A stretch of 64,000 bases of DNA from Escherichia phage N2. The stretch lies in sequence record ON645936.1, one strand, 5' to 3'. This document shows positions 1 through 9,749 of this stretch, piece by piece. The notes beneath the pieces are model-generated. The model was not told where the DNA came from. It searched no databases and saw only the letters and a list, made by a program, of their open reading frames with translations. Position 1 is the first letter of the stretch. Every line of letters starts with the position of its first letter. The position numbers and the translations under genes were made by a program.

Positions 1-2
1 CT

Positions 3-350
3 TGTCCACATTGCGGTAAGTCTGGATTAAGCGGGAATATGAATCGATGGCATTTTGATAACTGCCCAAATCACCCCAATCCTAAAGTTAGACCGCCAAT
101 GTCTAAAGAACACAGAAATAATATCTCAAACGGGCTTAAAGCAATCGTTCTTGAAGAAACATCCTGCGAATTCTGCGGAATGATAGGCAAGAAATGCGTT
201 ATCGCAGCGCATAGAAATTTCTGCAAGAAAAATCCAAATGGACGCAAGAAAACTGAAAAGACTGGTACTTGCGTCCATTGTGGTAAAGTTACCACTTTCG
301 GAAATTTATCAAGATGGCATAATGATAATTGTAAATATAAACCTAGCTAA
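3..350 (+). CDS. HNH-family homing endonuclease, C-terminal part (5' end lies outside the window)
   Basis: Frame 3 is open from base 3; repeated Cys/His modules (CPHCG...RWHFDNC, CEFCG, CVHCG...RWHNDNC) resemble the C-terminus of the HNH ORF at 62159-62971; opposite strand to flanking gene 46. Confidence 0.5.
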   Translation, partial: CPHCGKSGLSGNMNRWHFDNCPNHPNPKVRPPMSKEHRNNISNGLKAIVLEETSCEFCGMIGKKCVIAAHRNFCKKNPNGRKKTEKTGTCVHCGKVTTFGNLSRWHNDNCKYKPS

Positions 351-2031
351 TCTTAGCTAAACTAAATCTACCAACTTTTTCCATTTGAATGTGCTGACCA
401 TATTCCTGTGGGTCATGGTCTTTATGCGAAATTATGAAGAAGTTGGTATCCTTCAAACCATCTAAAATTTTAGCCACATTTTTAATACCTTCAGCATCAA
501 ATGCACCGTCATACACTTCATCAAGAAATAAACAACTTATTTTAACACCTGAAACTTTTTCAGCAATATCACGCCAAGTAAATAAAAGAGCAATATCAAT
601 TCGTGCTTTTTCACCTTGACTAAATGAAGCATAACTAAAATCTTCACGACCACGGGATTTAATTGTCTCATTAAATTCTTCATCTAATGTAAACACATAA
701 TCCGCTTCCATTATTTTAAGATAATGGTTAATCTGCTTATTAAATAATGGAATGTACTTTTTAATAATAGCGCCTTTAATACCAGAATCTTTGAGCATAT
801 CAGTCAAAATTCCTCTATGGTATTTTTCCATTACTAAATTAGTTTTTGTCTTAACAATTTTATCAAGTTCTTCTTGAAGCAGTGCTATTTCATCAGCATG
901 GTCAATAAACTCAGATGATGCTTTTTCTATAGCCGCTTTAACTTTTTTAGCTTTATCTACCGTCGTGATTAGAGATTGCTTTTTATTGCGAATATCATTC
1001 GCCAACGTCTGCTGGGTTTTAATATTATCTCGGTATTCGTCAACAAGAACTTTTAAATTATCACGATGTGTTGAAAGCTGTTCAAATGAATGCGTACATT
1101 CAGAAACTTTATCTTTAATTTTAGAAACAACTTTATCACCAGAACTTAATTGTGACAAACAGGTTGGACATAATCCACCTTCGTGATACATATTAATGAC
1201 TTTATTATACGAGTCAATTTTTGATTTAATTAAAAATGCTTCTTGACCGATTTTATTAAATGCATCAGTCGGGTCTTCATCCAAAACAATATTAACTAAT
1301 CTTTCATTAGCTTCTTCTATTTCCGATTTTAACGTTCTAGCTTCTTTCGCCAAATCATCATACATATTCTGCAGACGAGTAAGGTTATCACCAGTTAATT
1401 TTTTCTGGCGTTCAACGTTATCATTATATATTTTAATTTGTTGGATAATACTATCTTTTTTAACATCAAGCACTTGGTTTTGTGAATTTAATTCACGTAT
1501 TAGTGCTTTATTAAGCTTATCCATTTCAGCTAATGTTCCTACCTCAAGCAGGTCTTCCACAAGCTTTCTTCGCGCAGGGGTCGACAAACCCATGAAAGGG
1601 GTATACCCTGCTGTACCAAGGACAACAATCTGCTTGAAACTGGCATATGACATTCCGATAAGCTGTTCAAATTCTGCTTGGAAATCTTTACTGCTGGCAG
1701 ATTCATTAAGACGTGTACCGTTAACGGTGATTTCGAAAACGTTTGGTTTTTGTCCTCTTTTGATATAGTACTTTTTCTCATCATATTCCATCCACAGTTC
1801 AACTAAAAGTTCTTTCTTATTTGTGCTGTTTATTAATTGACCTTTCTTTACATCACGGAATGGCTTGCCAAAAAGCCCAAATGTGATGGCTTCTAACATA
1901 GTAGACTTACCACCGCCATTTCGTCCAGTAATAAGAGTTTTTTGAACCTTATCTAATTGAATGTCAACTCCATTTTGACCAACTGACATTATATTTTTAT
2001 ATTTTACTCTATTAAGTTTAAATGATTTCAT
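343..2031 (-). CDS. 46: recombination endonuclease subunit gp46 (Rad50/SbcC-like ATPase)
   Basis: 562 aa; Walker A GRNGGGKST; long coiled-coil; size and position match T4 gp46. Confidence 0.9.
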   Translation of the reverse strand: MKSFKLNRVKYKNIMSVGQNGVDIQLDKVQKTLITGRNGGGKSTMLEAITFGLFGKPFRDVKKGQLINSTNKKELLVELWMEYDEKKYYIKRGQKPNVFEITVNGTRLNESASSKDFQAEFEQLIGMSYASFKQIVVLGTAGYTPFMGLSTPARRKLVEDLLEVGTLAEMDKLNKALIRELNSQNQVLDVKKDSIIQQIKIYNDNVERQKKLTGDNLTRLQNMYDDLAKEARTLKSEIEEANERLVNIVLDEDPTDAFNKIGQEAFLIKSKIDSYNKVINMYHEGGLCPTCLSQLSSGDKVVSKIKDKVSECTHSFEQLSTHRDNLKVLVDEYRDNIKTQQTLANDIRNKKQSLITTVDKAKKVKAAIEKASSEFIDHADEIALLQEELDKIVKTKTNLVMEKYHRGILTDMLKDSGIKGAIIKKYIPLFNKQINHYLKIMEADYVFTLDEEFNETIKSRGREDFSYASFSQGEKARIDIALLFTWRDIAEKVSGVKISCLFLDEVYDGAFDAEGIKNVAKILDGLKDTNFFIISHKDHDPQEYGQHIQMEKVGRFSLAKIS

Positions 2032-2046
2032 TTTGTATCCAATTGT

Positions 2047-2901
2047 TCACAATGAAGAAAATTCTTTAACTAAAGCCTGTAATGAAGCCTCTATTGGATA
2101 TCCATTCTTAACTAACATTTTCCTAAACATCACATGTTTAGGACGATTATATGATATCCACAATTCATACAATTTATCTTTATTATCCCAATGATAGCCT
2201 TTTCGTCGAGATGCTATATGAGCTTTTCTAATCTCCGGATTTTTCCAACTAGCAGCTACTGAATTTGATATAGCTATTTTATATTCAGGTTTTGATAAAG
2301 CAGCGCGAACAGCCCTTTGGTGTTTAATTTTATTTTCTTCGTTATTAAACCATTCCCTTGAAGCCATTGAAATTTTTTGTTTTGTTTTAAAATTATTTAA
2401 TCTTTCTTTGTTATCTTTTCTATTTTTTGCTACTGAAAAATATTTTAATGCCCTTTCTCTAGCAGCATTTCTATTTTGCGGATTTGAATAATACTGTTGA
2501 AGCCTTTTTGATATTGTGTCACTTACATCTTGTTTTATAAAACTATATTCAGCAGCTATTAAATCAACTTCGGCTAAAGATAAATTTTTATATGTTTTTC
2601 CTGACATCATTCTATTTAAAGCATTTAGCATTTTTCCATTTTTACCTTTTGCTAATAAGAAATGTGCTTTGAAATGATTGAAATGACTTAAATTAACTAA
2701 ATTCCATGTAGATTTTAAATATTCAGGAAATATTGATTTAGGAAGCACGTGATGTGCTTCCGTTTTACCTGGAGTTTTAACAGTTGAATTCATAGAAATA
2801 AAATTAATGTAAGACTTGGCGTCTTCTTCGCTCAACACTAATTTTTCAACTAATTCCTTTATTAAAAATTCATCATTAATATCAAGTTTAAAATTCTTCA
2901 C
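2047..2901 (-). CDS. HNH homing endonuclease (Mob-like), inserted between genes 47 and 46
   Basis: 284 aa; GTG start with AAGGA 8 nt upstream; HNH motif EAHHVLPKS...N...H; C-terminal WKNPEIR-type repeats. Confidence 0.7.
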   Translation of the reverse strand: MKNFKLDINDEFLIKELVEKLVLSEEDAKSYINFISMNSTVKTPGKTEAHHVLPKSIFPEYLKSTWNLVNLSHFNHFKAHFLLAKGKNGKMLNALNRMMSGKTYKNLSLAEVDLIAAEYSFIKQDVSDTISKRLQQYYSNPQNRNAARERALKYFSVAKNRKDNKERLNNFKTKQKISMASREWFNNEENKIKHQRAVRAALSKPEYKIAISNSVAASWKNPEIRKAHIASRRKGYHWDNKDKLYELWISYNRPKHVMFRKMLVKNGYPIEASLQALVKEFSSL

Positions 2902-3104
2902 AAAAGATTCCTTTTAATGTATCTTTTAGACCATTCTATCATATCATCATAATCTAAAAAGTATTCATCAAATTCAGCCATGCAAACAACACCTTGTGCT
3001 GCTTTTGATGTGATATAAATTATTCCAACATATCTAGAATCTTCTTCGGTGTAATCAATATTTGCTATGAATTCATCGTTAATGTCAAATGTCGAAAACT
3101 TCAC
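2898..3104 (-). CDS. hypothetical small acidic protein
   Basis: ORF 2898-3161; likely GTG start at 3104 with AAGGA Shine-Dalgarno; N-terminus VKFSTFDINDEF mirrors the HNH N-terminus. Confidence 0.35.
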   Translation of the reverse strand: MKFSTFDINDEFIANIDYTEEDSRYVGIIYITSKAAQGVVCMAEFDEYFLDYDDMIEWSKRYIKRNLL

Positions 3105-3348
3105 AGTATGCATCCTTAATACAAGATACAGCCATATCTTGTAATGATTTAGGTGTGTCATTATCTAAAATGTTGAAGTTAAAAGATACAGCCCAGTCAG
3201 TGCAGACCGTGACCTTTTTAATACAATTATCTTCAACCTCTAACGGTTCAAACCAATATTCAATAATTTCTTTATGCCCAATATCATCTTTTACTTCACA
3301 TTCAAAATGCTGACTCATCATAACATTTTTAAATTCATCAAAAGTCAT
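3085..3348 (-). CDS. hypothetical protein
   Basis: 87-aa ORF; start overlaps gp47 stop (ATGA coupling). Confidence 0.4.
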   Translation of the reverse strand: MTFDEFKNVMMSQHFECEVKDDIGHKEIIEYWFEPLEVEDNCIKKVTVCTDWAVSFNFNILDNDTPKSLQDMAVSCIKDAYCEVFDI

Positions 3349-4364
3349 TGTGTTGCCTCTACATATAACTGATTTGCATATTGAATAAGTGCTTCGCGAT
3401 CAGAATCAGTGATGTCTGGAATTGCATTAATGTATTCTTCCATCAACGTCTGAAGAGATTGAACTTCAACTTCTTCGCTATCATCTGACTCGACAGAGTT
3501 ATCAATCTTTGACACAACTCGTAATGAATGCACAACTTTTTCTAGTTCAGATTCGAACTTCGTTAGATTTTTGTCTACCTCAGTTACTATAACACGCACT
3601 GATAGATTTGTAAAATCTTTATAGTCAATTTTTCCCTTAAATGGATACTGAATTCGACGATGCCAGGTAGTGTTGTTTGGAATAAATTCCATTCGTTCTG
3701 TTTCTGTATCAAACATCCAGAACCCACGAGAGTCATTCTCGTCACCTGCAGTTAGTGTCCATGGTGTCCCAATATATCTGACGTTAGCAGCCTCAGAGAT
3801 AGTATGGAAGTGACCAGACCACACCTCTTTATAAGTCTTAAGGAAATCAGGTTCAAGACCGTGAGATTTCATTCCTTTATAAAAATAAAATCCATTCAAC
3901 TCCCAGTGACCAACACAAAAAGAAGCAGATGAAGTTTTGATGTGTTCAAGAATTTCACCAGTATTTTCTTCGCACATCCAAGGAATTAAATCAATCAAAC
4001 ATCCGTCAAAATCTACTGTAGTAGGCTTATCATATACTTTAACATTAGGATATTTAGCCAAAAGCTCAGTAGAGGCATTTGGATGCATTACATTTTTATA
4101 GTGGAGATCGTGATTTCCTACAATAGTATGTAATGTGATTCCAACGTCATCAAGCATTTGAACTATTTCGCGAGCAAACTCCATAGTTTTATGCGTGATC
4201 GCTTTTCGCACATCAAAAATATCACCATATTGAATCCATACAGTAATTCCGTTTTTCTTAGAATATTCTATCGCTTGCTTAATTCCATCAATTTGAATAC
4301 CGCGAATCCACTCATCATCAGCTTTAACGCCTAAATGCCAATCACCTAAATTTAAAATTTTCAT
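3345..4364 (-). CDS. 47: recombination endonuclease subunit gp47 (Mre11/SbcD-like phosphoesterase)
   Basis: 339 aa; metallophosphatase motifs GDWHLG, GDIFD, GNHD; matches T4 gp47. Confidence 0.9.
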   Translation of the reverse strand: MKILNLGDWHLGVKADDEWIRGIQIDGIKQAIEYSKKNGITVWIQYGDIFDVRKAITHKTMEFAREIVQMLDDVGITLHTIVGNHDLHYKNVMHPNASTELLAKYPNVKVYDKPTTVDFDGCLIDLIPWMCEENTGEILEHIKTSSASFCVGHWELNGFYFYKGMKSHGLEPDFLKTYKEVWSGHFHTISEAANVRYIGTPWTLTAGDENDSRGFWMFDTETERMEFIPNNTTWHRRIQYPFKGKIDYKDFTNLSVRVIVTEVDKNLTKFESELEKVVHSLRVVSKIDNSVESDDSEEVEVQSLQTLMEEYINAIPDITDSDREALIQYANQLYVEATQ

Positions 4365-4527
4365 ATATCAAGAACCGTCATTGAAATGCAAAATAAAATT
4401 ATTGAAATAAATCCATCTGGAGTGCTAAAGAACCCAATCCAACATGCTCTAGTGAATAGATAAAATGCAAGAAAAAGTATCACATATCCAAGAAATATCA
4501 TTATATCAAACTCCGTATAAAGCTAAA

Positions 4528-4539
4528 GGGCCGAAGCCC
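4528..4539 (-). terminator. stem-loop GGGCUUCGGCCC (UUCG tetraloop) just after a-gt stop
   Basis: perfect 4-bp GC stem with UUCG loop on the minus strand; no clean U-tract. Confidence 0.4.
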
Positions 4540-4540
4540 T

Positions 4541-5743
4541 TTATTTTGTAATAATGTCAAACTGTTCTTTAAAGCAGAAGCTTGAATCTTGATGCTGATA
4601 CAAAAATTCATAAGCTTTTTCACGTTCACGGTCATAAAGAGCTCGGTCAGATGACAGTTCTTTAATACGTTCAAATGTTGATTCCATGTCATTTTCATCA
4701 AACCAAACGATACCGCTATCGTGTGAAATTAATGGAGTATTATCAACACGGAATTTTAAATTTTCGCCAGTAGATTTCCAAAATACCGGAATTGTTCCAC
4801 ATGCACCAAGCTCGAGATGAGTATATTCTAAAGAACGTTGTAGATATTTTTTGTCCAACTTACTCAGCTGATAACCAAATCCGGATTTACTCATGCGTTC
4901 AAGCATTTCGCTATTTACATAACGGTCGAGAATTTGCGTCGGCAAATTAGGAGCAATTTTAATTTGGTCTACTTGGTGAAGACGATAATACTCGTATGGA
5001 ATTCCTTTTTCTTTAATAGGAATGAACGCTGGAGAACGTTCCAGACCTTCCATAATAGTACTTAGTCCTGCAGGTTTAAGATGTTTTTCATGAAAATCAA
5101 ACATCTGATAAAAACCTTTCCATGTAGTCGTACGACCAATCCAACGGTTGATATTCATGTTAATTTCAGAAACATCTTTCCAGTAGGTTGACCGAACCTT
5201 CGCAATATCCATAGGAGGCTGAAAGTTATATACTGCCGGTGCTTCTTCAATATCATCAAACAGAGAAACTGTTTCAGGATACCATTCTTTCATCAGAACT
5301 TTATTAAAATCACCATTATCAGAATGGCTAAAAATAACATCAGCTCGACGAACAGTTTCTTCTAATCCCAAATTTCGGCGCAAAGAAAGAGAAGAATGGT
5401 CATGTTGATAAACTACAACACGAACAGAAGGTTTAATGTTATCAATAATTTTTTTATAGTTATTAATAGTGTCTTCTTCAACCGAAGTAGCAGGAACTGA
5501 ATTGATAATTAGAATATCACAATCATTTACCAGCTTAAGTGTTTTATCGTATTCTTTTGCCAATAAAACTGGAATTGAAAATGATTTATAATCATGCGCG
5601 CAATTACGAGTAAATGATTTATCTTTAGCATAAACCAAAGTCACTTCATGACCATTTTTAATAAACCAATCACGTTGCTCGAGTGAGAATTTTGTTACAC
5701 CACAACCTTCAAGACCTCGAGCCATAAAAATACATACTTTCAT
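4541..5743 (-). CDS. agt: DNA alpha-glucosyltransferase
   Basis: 400 aa; N-terminus (M)KVCIFMARGLEGCGVTKFSLEQRDWFIKNGHEVTLVYAKDKSFTR recognised as T4 AGT. Confidence 0.9.
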   Translation of the reverse strand: MKVCIFMARGLEGCGVTKFSLEQRDWFIKNGHEVTLVYAKDKSFTRNCAHDYKSFSIPVLLAKEYDKTLKLVNDCDILIINSVPATSVEEDTINNYKKIIDNIKPSVRVVVYQHDHSSLSLRRNLGLEETVRRADVIFSHSDNGDFNKVLMKEWYPETVSLFDDIEEAPAVYNFQPPMDIAKVRSTYWKDVSEINMNINRWIGRTTTWKGFYQMFDFHEKHLKPAGLSTIMEGLERSPAFIPIKEKGIPYEYYRLHQVDQIKIAPNLPTQILDRYVNSEMLERMSKSGFGYQLSKLDKKYLQRSLEYTHLELGACGTIPVFWKSTGENLKFRVDNTPLISHDSGIVWFDENDMESTFERIKELSSDRALYDREREKAYEFLYQHQDSSFCFKEQFDIITK

Positions 5744-5796
5744 TTAATATCCTCTTTGTTTTGGTTTATTTTACCAAAAATTTATAAAGCAATATA

Positions 5797-5810
5797 GGAG
5801 CCGAAGCTCC
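5797..5810 (-). terminator. stem-loop GGAGCUUCGGCUCC (UUCG tetraloop)
   Basis: perfect 5-bp stem, intergenic upstream of a-gt. Confidence 0.4.
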
Positions 5811-5980
5811 TATCCACATAATACGTCATACAGAGGCTCATTTGAACTTTTAAATCGAATGGGCTTGTACGTAATAGTTCCTTCGGCTTTAGCTTTATCA
5901 TAAGACTCTTTAAAACGTCTCATTCTTTCTGCTTTGCCTTTACGGATTTTATCGAAATTTTCAGAAGTCTGGGTGTTCAT
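5810..5980 (-). CDS. hypothetical small basic protein (56 aa, below the ORF-track cutoff)
   Basis: ATG at 5980; translation MNTQTSENFDKIRKGKAERMRRFKESYDKAKAEGTITYKPIRFKSSNEPLYDVLCG. Confidence 0.3.
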   Translation of the reverse strand: MNTQTSENFDKIRKGKAERMRRFKESYDKAKAEGTITYKPIRFKSSNEPLYDVLCG

Positions 5981-5983
5981 CTT

Positions 5984-6190
5984 TCACAGTTGCCACCATT
6001 TTTTGACTTGATAAGAATCAACCCACACTTTCATATTAGGGTCTGCTCTTACAATAGGAGGATTAACTTCTTTAATTGAACTATCATGGTATTCTTTTTC
6101 AGAAATTTTCACACAAAGATGACCGTTCAAAGATTCAGTAAATCCTGCATTAATTTTAAGACGCTTGAATTTTACGTGTGTAAGCATCAA
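5984..6190 (-). CDS. hypothetical protein
   Basis: 68-aa ORF; overlaps upstream ORF so true start uncertain. Confidence 0.3.
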   Translation of the reverse strand: MMLTHVKFKRLKINAGFTESLNGHLCVKISEKEYHDSSIKEVNPPIVRADPNMKVWVDSYQVKKWWQL

Positions 6191-6473
6191 TCATATCCTC
6201 AATCTGCGATCTAGTAGTCTTCCAAAGAATACTAATGAGTTCATCGTTATATGGCTGTTTTAGAATATCCCGACTTTTCTTGATAGCATATTCGTATTGA
6301 GCAAAATTATTGTTTTCGGCTGCAATCTGAGCATGTTTATAAAGACGGTTCAGTTCGCGTTTATTTTTAGACAATAACTTATTTGCTTTTCTTTCTGCTT
6401 CAAAACGGTTCTTTTCTTCAATAGAAGAAATAAGCTTTTCCACTTCATCATTAATTTCGGGTTTATCAGTCAT
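6156..6473 (-). CDS. hypothetical protein
   Basis: 105-aa ORF with charged helical composition. Confidence 0.45.
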   Translation of the reverse strand: MTDKPEINDEVEKLISSIEEKNRFEAERKANKLLSKNKRELNRLYKHAQIAAENNNFAQYEYAIKKSRDILKQPYNDELISILWKTTRSQIEDMIDAYTRKIQAS

Positions 6474-6474
6474 A

Positions 6475-6693
6475 TTATTTCTCTAATATAAAATAAAAAT
6501 CATCATCTGTTAAATGATACCGATAGTTTAATTCTACACCATTAGATTTAAAAGCGGTATCATACGGATTTTCTGGATCAATATCAATGTCAAGAGCTAA
6601 AACTTCCCTGAGATACATTTTAAGTAAATAGGGAATAGCTTCAACTTCAGGTATTTCTTCCAAGAATCCGGAGAGGTTAATCGTTAGCCTCAT
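6475..6693 (-). CDS. hypothetical protein
   Basis: 72-aa ORF tightly packed after gene 55. Confidence 0.45.
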
Positions 6694-7234
6694 ATAAAAA
6701 ATCCAAACTAGGAGAATCGTCTACAACACTTTTCTTTTCAGCCCCCGGTGTTCTATAGGTTGATTCTTCGTAATGCGTCATTTTATCGTAGATGTCTTGA
6801 ATAAAAGTTTCATCTACTAACGCAACCATATCGTCGTCACGGCTGTCATAGACATTGTGAACGAAGTAACTATATTTCTTTGCAACTTCCTTACGTTCTT
6901 TTTTAATACGCTGGACGAATGCATTAAAACAAGCTTGAGTTATATACGCATGTGGGTTTTTATATTTCGTTTCATCAAAATTATGAAGCCCCTTAATAGA
7001 AGCTTCTATACCATCTGCAATCATTTCTTGTTTCCAAGACTGGGTGTATCCTGAAAAGTTGAAACGTTTAGATAAGCCTTCTGCAATAAGCATAATGGCT
7101 AATCCGATAGTATCATTCTGACGAACTACTTTATTTGGGTCTTTATTATTTGCTAATTCTGTTTTCCAATCAATAATAGCTTGTAAAAGCTCTTTATTGT
7201 TTACGTAATTATATTTAGGCTTAGTTTCTGACAT
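6677..7234 (-). CDS. 55: late-transcription sigma factor gp55
   Basis: 185 aa from [17 protein letters not shown], recognised as T4 gp55 (ORF track starts 2 codons earlier at 7240). Confidence 0.9.
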
Positions 7235-7312
7235 TTTCACCTCTTAGCTCAATTCATAGATCTATTATATCATAATATTTGAAGATCTATCTTAAAGCAT
7301 AGAGGATATCAG

Positions 7313-7582
7313 TTATCTAAGTAAACAGTATGCTTGGAACACTTTCTCCATCATCTTTTTAAATTCATGAATATCTATGTAATGATCATTAATATCAGCA
7401 CGATATAAAAAGTCTAAAAACTTTTTATGGGTGTTAGAATATTTACTTTCATTTAATTCAGAAACATGGCTTTCCCAATATCCAACACCAATCTTATTTG
7501 GGAAAAATGAAATTTTCATGTATTGGTCAACATAGAAAATACCAAAATTTTCAATAGCAATAGAAATATTAATTAATTTCAT
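7313..7582 (-). CDS. hypothetical protein
   Basis: 89-aa ORF. Confidence 0.4.
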   Translation of the reverse strand: MKLINISIAIENFGIFYVDQYMKISFFPNKIGVGYWESHVSELNESKYSNTHKKFLDFLYRADINDHYIDIHEFKKMMEKVFQAYCLLR

Positions 7583-7794
7583 GCATTCATCAACTTAGCC
7601 GCTTCAAGAGCTGCATCTAGTGAATCAAATTGGTCAACGTATTCAATCAATTCGCCGTAATTAGCGTATAACCACCATTGGCTAAATTCATACTCAAGGA
7701 TGAATCCATTTCCTTCAATTTGAGTTAAACCAATACCGTTTGTATTTACTTCATATCCGGCAAGACGCAAATCGTTAATAAGAGCTTCGTTCAT
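7579..7794 (-). CDS. hypothetical protein
   Basis: 71-aa ORF, ATGA-coupled to neighbour. Confidence 0.4.
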   Translation of the reverse strand: MNEALINDLRLAGYEVNTNGIGLTQIEGNGFILEYEFSQWWLYANYGELIEYVDQFDSLDAALEAAKLMNA

Positions 7795-7796
7795 AA

Positions 7797-8123
7797 TTAT
7801 ACCTTAGCAATTTTCAGGTCTGCAAATTTTTTCTTGCGTTGATTTTTCATGCGACGAATAGTTTTATCGGAAATTTCATGCTTTTGATAAGCTTTAGATT
7901 CTACACCAAAAGCTTTAACATCAAATTCTGACAAGATATATTGAACCAACAATTCACGGACAGTATTGCGTCCAATCTTCTGATCATTCTGTTTCATCAT
8001 TTGATGAAGCTCTTTTTCCCATTTATCCAAAATTTGAGGAGTTACAATATCGCCTTTTTCTAGCAAAGAAACTACTTTATCATATGCGTAAGAATTAATG
8101 ACGTTTTTAATTTGAATAGTCAT
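7797..8123 (-). CDS. hypothetical protein
   Basis: 108-aa ORF. Confidence 0.45.
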   Translation of the reverse strand: MTIQIKNVINSYAYDKVVSLLEKGDIVTPQILDKWEKELHQMMKQNDQKIGRNTVRELLVQYILSEFDVKAFGVESKAYQKHEISDKTIRRMKNQRKKKFADLKIAKV

Positions 8124-8163
8124 ACATTATCCTCAATTACGTTAAAATTTTATTATCCAAAAA

Positions 8164-8175
8164 GGGCCGAAGCCC
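8164..8175 (-). terminator. stem-loop GGGCUUCGGCCC
   Basis: same tetraloop hairpin as at 4528. Confidence 0.35.
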
Positions 8176-8376
8176 TTAGCTAAACCGTTTGGCACCCTTC
8201 CAGCCTTCGTACATCATTGCGGCTGATATTAATATTGCTCCTGAGCAACTTGAATATTTGTGATTCCAAAACCAGTTTAGAAAAACTTCATCATCAATAC
8301 CTTGGGCTATCATATTTTCAAAGAACTGACGACGAGCTTCGGCAATTCGTTGTGATAATTTAGATTCAGGATTCAT
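8176..8376 (-). CDS. hypothetical protein
   Basis: 66-aa ORF. Confidence 0.4.
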   Translation of the reverse strand: MNPESKLSQRIAEARRQFFENMIAQGIDDEVFLNWFWNHKYSSCSGAILISAAMMYEGWKGAKRFS

Positions 8377-8510
8377 TTAAATTTTCCAGTTACCGTTTTC
8401 ATCAATAAATTTAATCCAGTCATTTACTGACCACTTAGTTGTATCACCTTTTGGAGTAACATTTAAAGTGTATAATCCTTGTTTAAAAAGCATTCGTTTG
8501 ATATTCATAT
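8377..8510 (-). CDS. hypothetical small protein
   Basis: ORF 8377-8592; probable internal start (MNIKRM) avoids overlap. Confidence 0.3.
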
Positions 8511-8515
8511 TTTCC

Positions 8516-8809
8516 TCAGCTGTAACGATAACACTCGTTTGATTTACGCTTAGCAACTCGTTGAGAAGTATTATAATCAAAATCATCGTCAATGTAAACT
8601 GATTTTTTCAACTTTCTTACTTCACTACGTAATTGACGATTTAGCTCATCTTTAACTTCTGAATCAATGCCTTTCATTCTACGCCATTTATCAGAGCGAA
8701 AAATGTTTTCAACCATATCTTTATGACTTACACCATCAGGAGCTTTGCGCTTTCCAAAATAGTCATAATCACGTACTTTTAAATCTTTACGACGATATGT
8801 TTTACCCAT
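8516..8809 (-). CDS. hypothetical basic protein
   Basis: ORF 8516-8854; probable internal start MGKTYRRK. Confidence 0.35.
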   Translation of the reverse strand: MGKTYRRKDLKVRDYDYFGKRKAPDGVSHKDMVENIFRSDKWRRMKGIDSEVKDELNRQLRSEVRKLKKSVYIDDDFDYNTSQRVAKRKSNECYRYS

Positions 8810-8984
8810 GGAGTTTAATTTCCTTAGCAACTGAACTAAATACAGCACGATCACAAATCATCTGTTTATGTAACTTGAGTATAAGATAATAAACTTCAAA
8901 ACCGTTTACGTAAGTAACACGAACAACATTACCATTAATAAAATAATATTGTCCCTTTTTAATTTCTTTATCAACCACAACCAT
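8802..8984 (-). CDS. hypothetical protein
   Basis: 60-aa ORF directly downstream of early promoter 9015-9044. Confidence 0.4.
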   Translation of the reverse strand: MVVVDKEIKKGQYYFINGNVVRVTYVNGFEVYYLILKLHKQMICDRAVFSSVAKEIKLHG

Positions 8985-9014
8985 ATCAAATCCTCAAAGG
9001 CAATTCATATGTTA

Positions 9015-9044
9015 ATAATACCACAGTTTGAACTTGTTGTAAAC
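9015..9044 (-). promoter_or_regulatory. T4-type early promoter (-35 GTTTAC, 18-nt spacer, -10 TATTAT)
   Basis: minus strand reads GTTTAC-N18-TATTAT with A/T-rich upstream region. Confidence 0.5.
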
Positions 9045-9122
9045 AACTTTGTGAAATTATTTTAGGGAATGATAAGAAGTGAATGATAGTTAGAATGGTA
9101 ATATACAGAATGTGAGAAAGAA

Positions 9123-9135
9123 AGGCCCAGAGGGC
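9123..9135 (-). terminator. GC-rich stem-loop followed by U-rich tract, downstream of nrdH
   Basis: GGCCC...GGGCC palindrome then T-rich run on minus strand. Confidence 0.4.
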
Positions 9136-9140
9136 CCGTC

Positions 9141-9512
9141 TTAGTCTTCTATGATATCTCTATCATATCCAAGTGAAATGAGAGTTTCTTTGAAGTGTTT
9201 AATGTTCTTTTGTCTAGAATCATTAATGAAAATGACTGGATAACGAATGTTAAGAGATGTGAATCCAGCTCGTTTAGCAAGAGATACAATCAGTGGACGA
9301 TCATACTCAATCTTACCATTATTTGTAAGAACTTTATAGAAAGTAAAAGGAGCATTGAGCTCCTTTAGAAGTTTTGTAACTGATTGACATCCAGGACAAC
9401 GACCTACTTCATCTGGAATTCCATAGACTTCAATCTTATTCTTTAAGTTCGAGTTTTGTTCCACGAGAAATAATTCCTTGATAAGCCCAGTATGGCGGGT
9501 TAACAGAATCAT
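9141..9512 (-). CDS. nrdH: glutaredoxin-like protein NrdH
   Basis: CPGC redox motif in a glutaredoxin-like fold; sits next to nrdG as in T4; start uncertain (ATG 9512 or GTG 9464). Confidence 0.6.
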   Translation of the reverse strand: MILLTRHTGLIKELFLVEQNSNLKNKIEVYGIPDEVGRCPGCQSVTKLLKELNAPFTFYKVLTNNGKIEYDRPLIVSLAKRAGFTSLNIRYPVIFINDSRQKNIKHFKETLISLGYDRDIIED

Positions 9513-9747
9513 CGCCAGAATTTTCTTCAGGAAAATAAACCTGGATAACAAATCCAGATGCATCAAAGGTAAAATAAACCGTAGGCAGTTCACCTAACAA
9601 TTCAGCACGAGCATTAATTTCTTCGAGATCTCGTTCACGTCCAGCCCAAAAACTAGGATTTAGACTACATTCATAGAAATAATAGTCATTACCAAACATA
9701 TCAAACCCCTTCCAACTCTCTACCACATACTGCTCAAAACTAATCAT
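9436..9747 (-). CDS. hypothetical protein
   Basis: 103-aa ORF. Confidence 0.45.
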   Translation of the reverse strand: MISFEQYVVESWKGFDMFGNDYYFYECSLNPSFWAGRERDLEEINARAELLGELPTVYFTFDASGFVIQVYFPEENSGDDSVNPPYWAYQGIISRGTKLELKE

Positions 9748-9749
9748 AA

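Noticed and set aside
4501-4701. 66-aa minus-strand ORF
   Set aside because: Alternative frame largely inside the 3' end of a-gt and crossing the terminator hairpin.
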